A DNA stretch of 64,000 nt from Gammaproteobacteria bacterium (GTDB lineage: Bacteria; Pseudomonadota; Gammaproteobacteria; Ga0077536). Shown piece by piece: positions 57,898 through 64,000 of this stretch. Made by a program: the position numbers and the translations under genes. The stretch covers positions 1,120,001-1,184,000 of the forward strand of contig CAXXLL010000003.1 in the NCBI GenBank assembly GCA_963662545.2. Reading direction: 5' to 3'. The first letter of the stretch is position 1, and each line of letters starts with the position of its first letter. The notes beneath the pieces were generated by a model, which worked only from the letters and a program-made list of their open reading frames with translations, searched no databases and was not told the origin of the DNA.

Positions 57898-58191
57898 TCA
57901 GGACTTCGGTCTACCGATGACGATGTGCTTCGTCCCCTTGAGACCGCGACGGGCATTCATTTCCTCGGCAAGGGTCGAAGCGTGAGTGAGCACGTGCTCC
58001 TTGTTGCCGGTATGGAAGCCCGTGATCGGGGCATAGCCACCCTCGATCACATAGCGGTACCCGCTTGGACCGGTCTTATCCAGCTTACATTTCTCGACCC
58101 GCGTAACGCGATAAAAGGGCTTCTTTTTTTCGGTCTGGTCCGTGGTTTCGGGCGTTTCGGTCGTTTCGGATGCTTTCGCTACTGCACTCAT
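57898..58191 (-). CDS. Hypothetical protein (97 aa)
   Basis: GGAG RBS then ATG; plausible globular domain (YRYVIEGG..ITGF..EEMNARR). Confidence 0.65.
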   Translation of the reverse strand: MSAVAKASETTETPETTDQTEKKKPFYRVTRVEKCKLDKTGPSGYRYVIEGGYAPITGFHTGNKEHVLTHASTLAEEMNARRGLKGTKHIVIGRPKS

Positions 58192-58735
58192 TTTATTTCT
58201 CCACTGGTCACGAGCCGCGAAGGGCGAACGCTCTTGCCTCTCAGCCGAAATGGCACACGGTCTTCAGCGCCGCTGGAGCGTTCCAACGCTGGTCTGGGGG
58301 GGACGGCTTCGTGCCGCGCTCAATAAATTGACGGGGTGACGAAATATGGGAACGAATCAAGCTCAGCTAGGTGAGATTGGGCGATTCTGTTATATCTTGC
58401 TACAACCCGGCTCGCCACACACTACCATGTTGGCAGTTGTACGGCCACCGCAGGGCTGGGCGCCGATACCTGAATTCATGGCCTTGGTGACCTATCACGG
58501 CCGTGCGAGGTGTATTAGTTCAGGTCCTGTGCCCACGCATTGAGGCGCTTGGCTGTCCTTGAGCAGCGTCAAGCCTTCGAAAAAGACTGCTATGAAAGCC
58601 CGTGCTTATCGTAACCCGCCAGCTGCCGCTACTGCGTTTGGTGCCCCCGCGCCGTCGGTGAGATAGTTTCGAGAATTTGTGTTCGATAGTGTCATTTTTG
58701 CTAACCACGAATACCGAGACCGGACCTATTTCGAA

Positions 58736-58750
58736 TGGCACAAAAAATGC
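58736..58750 (+). promoter_or_regulatory. Putative sigma54 -24/-12 promoter
   Basis: TGGCACAAAAAATGC: GG and GC separated by exactly 10 nt, in a long intergenic region. Confidence 0.45.
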
Positions 58751-59038
58751 CCGAATTCTTTATGGCCACCTTTAGGGTTTCGGAGATAACCATGTTCGAA
58801 CTTCGACAATAAGGCGGCGTTTCACCGATGCGGACCTTGAGCCATGATTGGATTTCAATAACATTCTGTTCAGGCATTGTTCAGGTAATTGCTTTAAACC
58901 GCGTGACCGAAGCCGCGTTGACTAGATCGACGGTCGCGCCCAATGTCCAATCGGGTAAGTGCGCGGAAAGGTCACTTCCCCGCTACTACAACAAGATATT
59001 CAGCTATGCGGATTACAGCTCTAAGAGGAGAAACCACA

Positions 59039-59368
59039 ATGAAACGATTGATGAGTATTACCTACCTCGTCGGATTGATGATGGCGCTTTCCGTCGGTAC
59101 GGCCTACGCCGTTGATGCCGGTGACGGCATAGAGCGGATGGGCGAAGGTGCGGTGGACGCGGTGACGGCCCCAGGCGAGATCGTCGAAAGTATCGCCGAA
59201 GACGCGAAGGAACATGGTCCCGTAGTGGGGACCGTGACGGGGACCGCGAAGGGCACGGTCAAAGCAGCCGGAAAGGTCGTTGAGGGCGGCGCCAAGCTCG
59301 GCGTCGGAGCGGTCGAAACAGGTGCTGGCATCATCAAGAAAGTACTGGAGCCAATAACGGGGGAGTGA
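59039..59368 (+). CDS. Small secreted Gly/Ala/Val-rich protein, possibly related to the exosortase-associated TIGR04073 family
   Basis: AGAGGAG RBS, ATG 59039, signal peptide ending AYA, glycine-zipper-like helices, downstream terminator. Confidence 0.75.
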   Translation: MKRLMSITYLVGLMMALSVGTAYAVDAGDGIERMGEGAVDAVTAPGEIVESIAEDAKEHGPVVGTVTGTAKGTVKAAGKVVEGGAKLGVGAVETGAGIIKKVLEPITGE

Positions 59369-59460
59369 GGGATCTCCTTGACACGGACGACGGCTGACAC
59401 GGATGATCAGACCGAAAATAGAGCAATTCTGATTACCGCGCCGGTTCTTACCAACTGTTG

Positions 59461-59487
59461 AAGGGGGCATCTAGCCCCCTTTTTTTT
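59461..59487 (+). terminator. Rho-independent terminator
   Basis: AAGGGGGC-ATCTA-GCCCCCTT followed by a T run. Confidence 0.85.
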
Positions 59488-59648
59488 CATCCGAAGTCAG
59501 GGCGTAATCCGCGCCCGTCCGGTCCGTCTGGCGACCACGGTCATTGCAGTTCTGACTTTTGGTACCGTTGTGACCCTGGCGCTCGTCCCGGCGCTTTCCT
59601 CGATCCTTTACGGCGTCAAATGACCTTCGGCGACCTGAGGCCCGTTCG

Positions 59649-60050
59649 TTATATCGGAGAAGATAGGAGTTCAGCGACGTGATGACTCGCCTGTTCGCAG
59701 GCCGGTACGGCTTCGAGCAGTCTAATTTGTCGGAAGAACCCGAGCTCCCGCCCTTCGATCGTTGCCGAAACCGCATCGTTGAGCGGCCAGCAAACGTCCG
59801 CCATCGCTTCCTCGGCGCGGACCAGCGGCGAATATTCATCCAGCTTACCCTCGTCCATGAACGCGGTCACGATAATGAGATTATTGACCACGCCATTGTG
59901 GTAGCGAAACACCTCTTCCACGTAGAGCGCGAACTCATTCTTAGTCTTGTATTCCGTCGACCCATCAGGATAGCGAACCTGGACCGATGTGCATCCCACC
60001 ACGGTCGCGATGATGATCGTCGCGAGGTGTCGAATGCGTGATCCGAACAT
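59649..60050 (-). CDS. Hypothetical lipoprotein
   Basis: MFGSRIRHLATIIIATVVGC lipobox; helical domain with two further Cys. Confidence 0.68.
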   Translation of the reverse strand: MFGSRIRHLATIIIATVVGCTSVQVRYPDGSTEYKTKNEFALYVEEVFRYHNGVVNNLIIVTAFMDEGKLDEYSPLVRAEEAMADVCWPLNDAVSATIEGRELGFFRQIRLLEAVPACEQASHHVAELLSSPI

Positions 60051-60140
60051 GAAAACGAACCGTCGTGTATGAGAACTGAACATTCTGCAAACCTGGGAGT
60101 CGGCCTCCCGGAACGCGGCAGTTTGATCCTATCAATGTCG

Positions 60141-61205
60141 TCAGTTAAGGATCTGTGAAGTAAGCCGTTCGGCGGCGGCAAATTTCCTGGCGAGGCTACG
60201 CGCGGCTGATAATTGTCCGCGGGCGCGCGCCAGATTGTTCTCGCCCCGGCTCGCATAACGCGTTGCATCCCATGCGAAATAGGTTTCTTCCATGGCATCG
60301 GCCAGAAACCGCGACGCAAGCTCGAGGTGAATCTCGAACGTCGCCGGCATTATCGCGGAAATCTCGTCCGGCGTAAGAAAATTTCGCGCCTCTTTCGAAT
60401 AGCCTTCAAGTGCCGCTTCAAACAAACCTAGGTCGAAGATCGCCTCCGAATGATCTTCGCCGAGCGGGTTGCACCACGAACGAAACGCGTCTCCCAATTC
60501 GAGCGCAAGCGGCATGCGGGTGAGGGTATCGAGATCGATCATGCAGCGTGCGACGTCCTCGTCAGCCGCAAACAGAATATTCGAGATCTTGGGGTCGCCG
60601 TGAACCAGACGCGGATCGCAGGCTGGCGGCGCGCGGTGATCCAGGTGCAAGCGCTCAAGGTGCGCCGCCAGATCGGAGACTACACCATGCAGCCGATGAT
60701 CCGCATGGTCGACAAGTAATGCACGCAGGCGGGCGAAATGACGCTGAAGATCGTGAATCGGCGGTCTCGTCACGTGCAGTGCTTCGTCGAAGTCCAGCAG
60801 CGACGCGTGAAAGCGTCCGAGCAGGCTGCCGGCTTCACCGGCTTGGCCCGAATGCTCGACGCGGTTCAAGGTGCGCCCTTCGATGAAGCTCAACAAGCGC
60901 CAGATCCCGTCACCATGTTCGACACAGAGATCACCGGACCGCGTCCTCAGAAGCTGCGGCGTGATCATGCCCTTGTCCGCGAGATGGATCGTGACGACAT
61001 CGATATTATGGTTGACGCTCTGGTCGAAGACCGGGTGCAGGCGTTGCAATATGCAGCGCGTACCGTCACGCCCGCTGATCTCAAGGGTAAGATTGACGAG
61101 ACCCTGCGTGATTCGCTTCAGCTCGAACGGATCGATTTCATAGTGCTTCAACACCGTCGTCGCTGCCGCCTGCCATTCATTATCATGTTCAGCAGAATCA
61201 GCCAT
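60141..61205 (-). CDS. Aminoglycoside-phosphotransferase-like kinase (APH/choline kinase superfamily)
   Basis: GLVNLT, ILQRL, HGDPKISN catalytic loop, IDLD metal site, RFLAD..YF. Confidence 0.88.
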   Translation of the reverse strand: MADSAEHDNEWQAAATTVLKHYEIDPFELKRITQGLVNLTLEISGRDGTRCILQRLHPVFDQSVNHNIDVVTIHLADKGMITPQLLRTRSGDLCVEHGDGIWRLLSFIEGRTLNRVEHSGQAGEAGSLLGRFHASLLDFDEALHVTRPPIHDLQRHFARLRALLVDHADHRLHGVVSDLAAHLERLHLDHRAPPACDPRLVHGDPKISNILFAADEDVARCMIDLDTLTRMPLALELGDAFRSWCNPLGEDHSEAIFDLGLFEAALEGYSKEARNFLTPDEISAIMPATFEIHLELASRFLADAMEETYFAWDATRYASRGENNLARARGQLSAARSLARKFAAAERLTSQILN

Positions 61206-61218
61206 GCCGGGAGTCTAG

Positions 61219-61243
61219 CAGCCCGTCAGACCTGGTAAGAATC
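61219..61243 (+). repeat. Degenerate end of MITE family B
   Basis: CTAG|CAGCCCGTCAGACCTGGTAAGAATC versus family B terminus CAGCCTGTCGGACTTAGGAAGAATT. Confidence 0.45.
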
Positions 61244-61335
61244 TGCTACGACGCTTAAGAAACCTCTGAATAAGTCATAGCACATCTGCCTTGCTCATGA
61301 AATCGTGGAGCCTTACGTTACGAACCTTAGCCCTA

Positions 61336-62480
61336 AATAGGTGTTCCAAAAACTCGATCAAATAAAAAGAACTCAGGTGACATTCAGAGATCAGAGGTTG
61401 TATCGAGCAATCTACGTTCCCGAAAGAGGTCACCTGAGTATGGATAGTTTAGTGTCATTGACGCGCTCACAGAAACGTCGCTTTAAGCGGTTGATTCAAC
61501 GCAGCGATAACGGGCGGGTGGTTCGCCGCGCTCAAGTCCTGTTGCAGTTAGCTTCAGGCGTCTCACCGACGGCCGTGTCACGCAGTTTGTCGGTCGCGCG
61601 TTCAACGGTTTATCGATGGGTCACGCAATTCCAGACCGCGGGTGAAGCCTTTCTCGAGGCGTGCGGCTCGGGCCGGCGGGCGTATACGGTGGATGACACC
61701 CTGTTGGAGACGCTCGCCGAGTTAGTTGAGCAGCCGCCCAGTGATTATGGCTACCTGCGCAGTACGTGGACGAGCGAGATGCTGGCCGAGACGCTGAATT
61801 CGTTGCTGTCACGGCCCATTCACGCCTCTACGGTACGTCGCTGGCTAGTTAATTTGGGATTCGGCTGGCGTCGTGCTCGTCCGACCTTACATCTGCGCGA
61901 CCCACGGGCAGCCACGCGCCTGAAAGCCATTCATCGTGCGTTGTCTCGAGCCCCATCGGGGCATGAAGTGTTTTACGCCGATGAGGTCGATATCGACCTC
62001 AATCCCAAAATCGGTTTCCTTTGGTCTACTCAAGGTTGTCAACGTGCCATCCCCACGCCTGGGCAAAACCGGAAACGCTATCTGGCGGGCGCGCTGCACG
62101 CACGAACCGGTCGCGTTGCGTATGTCGAGGGCACACGGAAAAACAGCGACCTATTCCTTTGCCTGCTCGACCACCTGCGGCAAACTTACCGCGCCGCGCG
62201 TCGAATTATCTTGATCGTGGATAACTACATCATCCACAAATGTCGCTTGGCACACGTCTGGCTAAAGCACAATCCGAAATTCCGATTGCTGTTCCAGCCG
62301 GCCTATCAGCCCTGGGTCAATGACATTGAGAAACTCTGGAAACAGTTGCACGACAATGTCACCCGGAATCATCGTTACTCGACCATCGACCGTCTGATGG
62401 ACGCAGTACGTGCCTTCATGCGTGCGGCAAGTCCATTCCCGGGAAACTGCCCGAGTGTCGCAAGATTTGGATCACCTATT
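61336..62480 (+). mobile_element. IS630-family insertion sequence (1145 bp)
   Basis: TIR AATAGGTGTTCCAAA / TTTGGATCACCTATT (14/15), TA duplication at 61334-35 and 62481-82, single transposase ORF. Confidence 0.95.
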
Positions 62481-62483
62481 TAG
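61440..62483 (+). CDS. IS630 family transposase (347 aa from ATG 61440)
   Basis: N-terminal HTHs (VARSTVYRW), YADEVDIDLNPKIG, IVDNYIIHK, QPAYQPWVNDIEKLW DDE motifs. Confidence 0.96.
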   Translation: MDSLVSLTRSQKRRFKRLIQRSDNGRVVRRAQVLLQLASGVSPTAVSRSLSVARSTVYRWVTQFQTAGEAFLEACGSGRRAYTVDDTLLETLAELVEQPPSDYGYLRSTWTSEMLAETLNSLLSRPIHASTVRRWLVNLGFGWRRARPTLHLRDPRAATRLKAIHRALSRAPSGHEVFYADEVDIDLNPKIGFLWSTQGCQRAIPTPGQNRKRYLAGALHARTGRVAYVEGTRKNSDLFLCLLDHLRQTYRAARRIILIVDNYIIHKCRLAHVWLKHNPKFRLLFQPAYQPWVNDIEKLWKQLHDNVTRNHRYSTIDRLMDAVRAFMRAASPFPGNCPSVARFGSPI

Positions 62484-62697
62484 TCCCCGCTATTACCTGC
62501 GATTCGTGCCTTGATCAGCACCATTGCATGAACCATTCATGCCCACCATGACTTATTCAGAGGTTCCTTAAGATCTACTGAAAGGTGGTCTTGTTCGCGA
62601 CTTGGAACCCGCCTGGTAGTCAGGCTGATTGGGGCTCAACAAATCGAGCAGATTCGATTGGTTGATGAATGCAAACAAGTCGCGGGACGTACTGAGA

Positions 62698-63042
62698 CTA
62701 CTCGCCGAGGCCTTTCAGAAAGTCGAGCGAGAACGGCAACAGCTTGCCGACGGGATCTTTCCTAGCGGCCGATTCGGCCTCGGCCCGTTCGATCGACATA
62801 GCCTGCTGTTTCAGCTTTTCACGCATACGCGCATGTTGCGCAATGATGGAATAAGGATGGTAGGTGTCGACCACCGAACCGTCTTCCCGGATCCCCTGTG
62901 GCGGTATGTTGCTGATGCGCGTCTGTCCGGCCTCGTCAACCCAGGAGTAAAATTCCGCCGACGTCGGAAAAGCTGCGAACATCATCGCGGCCGCCATGGT
63001 GGCCTTCATAGGGGCCGGTTTGCATCGTTTTCGAATCGGCAT
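62698..63042 (-). CDS. DUF4124-domain secreted protein
   Basis: Signal-like N-terminus then AEFYSWVDEAGQTRISNIPP, typical of DUF4124. Confidence 0.75.
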   Translation of the reverse strand: MPIRKRCKPAPMKATMAAAMMFAAFPTSAEFYSWVDEAGQTRISNIPPQGIREDGSVVDTYHPYSIIAQHARMREKLKQQAMSIERAEAESAARKDPVGKLLPFSLDFLKGLGE

Positions 63043-63051
63043 GATCGCGAC

Positions 63052-63492
63052 CTATGCGCCTCCCTTCTGCGCGGCGTTCAGTGATTTTTCGAGTTCCGCC
63101 ACCTGTGCGAGCGCTGCGTCGCGCTCCCTCGCGATCCGCGCCATTTCTGCGAGCGCTTCGAACGACGATTGTTCCGCCCGTTCTGCGCGACCTAGCGCCG
63201 CGCTGCGTTGTTCGCTAAGCAGCAATTCGCGACGCGATGGTCCGAACAATATACGCCATATACTATCGCGTGTACCGGCTTTTGAGGTGTCCGCCGATTG
63301 TTTTTCGAGGCGTTCTCGCAAGCTGTCGAACTCGGCGCGCTTAACATGCTGAACACCCGCCGCCTGTAGCGTACTGATGACCTGTATCTCATTGCTGTCC
63401 GTCGGATCACAATCGAGCGCATAGCGTCCGATGGCCTGCAGCGCTGACGCTTCGTGAAAGCCCGCTTCGGCGTCCGCAAATTTGATTTCCAT
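63052..63492 (-). CDS. Hypothetical coiled-coil protein
   Basis: AGGAG RBS, operon-like spacing, heptad-rich C-terminus. Confidence 0.7.
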   Translation of the reverse strand: MEIKFADAEAGFHEASALQAIGRYALDCDPTDSNEIQVISTLQAAGVQHVKRAEFDSLRERLEKQSADTSKAGTRDSIWRILFGPSRRELLLSEQRSAALGRAERAEQSSFEALAEMARIARERDAALAQVAELEKSLNAAQKGGA

Positions 63493-63550
63493 AGCGTCTT
63501 GCTCCTGGCTTCGCCGTTTCGCGATGCCGCGCAGAAATTTTGAACCGCGA

Positions 63551-64000
63551 TCAAAGTTTGCCGAATTGCAACCCCACCTGCTCGAATTCTGCCTGGCTTG
63601 CAGGGTTGCTGATCACGCCCAGACAACCGGTGCCGGGATCGAGATACTCCGTCGCCACCCGCTCCAAAGCTTCGTGCGAGACCGCAAGCACCTGGTCCCG
63701 AAACGCCGCGCGAAATACATCATCGCGGCCATACAGCGCGTTGAAAAACGCCCGTTCGGCCTCTCCGGACGGCGAGCGCGGTTGGTCGAGTGCACGAATT
63801 GTTCCGAGGATGGATTCTTCGAGACGCCGCGGATCGCGATCACCAACAAACCAGTCGAGCGCGGCATCGAAATCGGAAAGCGTTGCGAGCGCGCGTGGAT
63901 CACGGTAAGAGAAGAATCGAAACACGCAGGCGTCGGGATCGAATCCAGCACCGGAACCATAGGCACCGCCCTTTTCCCGGATCTCGCCGTGCAGGAAGCC
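63551..64000 (-). CDS. M16 (insulinase) family metalloprotease, PreP-like, C-terminal part (truncated by window edge)
   Basis: FLHGEIREKGGAYG and FFSYRDP motifs of M16C presequence proteases. Confidence 0.9.
   Translation of the reverse strand, partial: GFLHGEIREKGGAYGSGAGFDPDACVFRFFSYRDPRALATLSDFDAALDWFVGDRDPRRLEESILGTIRALDQPRSPSGEAERAFFNALYGRDDVFRAAFRDQVLAVSHEALERVATEYLDPGTGCLGVISNPASQAEFEQVGLQFGKL

Larger units (their letters stand above)
61259..62567 (-). mobile_element. MITE family A copy 5, split by an IS630 insertion
   Basis: TTAA|GAAACCTCTGAATAAGTCATAG ... CCATGACTTATTCAGAGGTTCC|TTAA; 77+85 = 162 bp once the IS and one TA are removed. Confidence 0.88.

Noticed and set aside
58251-58266. 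Second TGGCAC as a sigma54 promoter
   Set aside because: No GC at the -12 position (reads TC)
62600-62630. Possible right end of family B after MITE copy 5 (GTCAGGCTGATT)
   Set aside because: Match too short, no CTAG flank, and implied length (~96 bp) does not fit 160 bp

Overview
Core-genome window of a moderately GC-rich Gammaproteobacterium; the gene order (murB inside the dcw cluster, dciA, petABC-sspAB) suggests a non-enteric lineage. Positions 1-54 kb are housekeeping: pilC(end)-pilD-coaE-zapD, a mutT fusion, argJ, secA, an M23 peptidase, dciA, the full dcw cluster (mraZ to lpxC), RNase P RNA, rsmI-lpoA-yraN-gmhA-dolP, petABC-sspAB, degS, mlaC-ibaG-murA-hisGDC, gloA, purT, pdxB, queA-tgt-yajC-secDF and tRNA-Leu(CAA). 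After the tRNA is an accessory stretch: a decayed nucleotidyltransferase gene and HigB-like remnant, a XylM/AlkB-like monooxygenase plus reductase with a non-canonical active-site motif, small hypotheticals, an APH-like kinase, an intact-looking IS630 and an M16 protease end. The most striking non-genic signal is a dense set of 135-162 bp palindromic MITE-like elements from four families. Family A has five copies with IS5-like ends and YTAR duplications, two of which coincide with stop codons. Families A and B share an exactly centred ATAG-loop-CTAT hairpin, and one family A copy hosts the IS630. No CRISPR array, rRNA or prophage was seen. All calls come from reading the sequence and recalled motifs; no searches were run.
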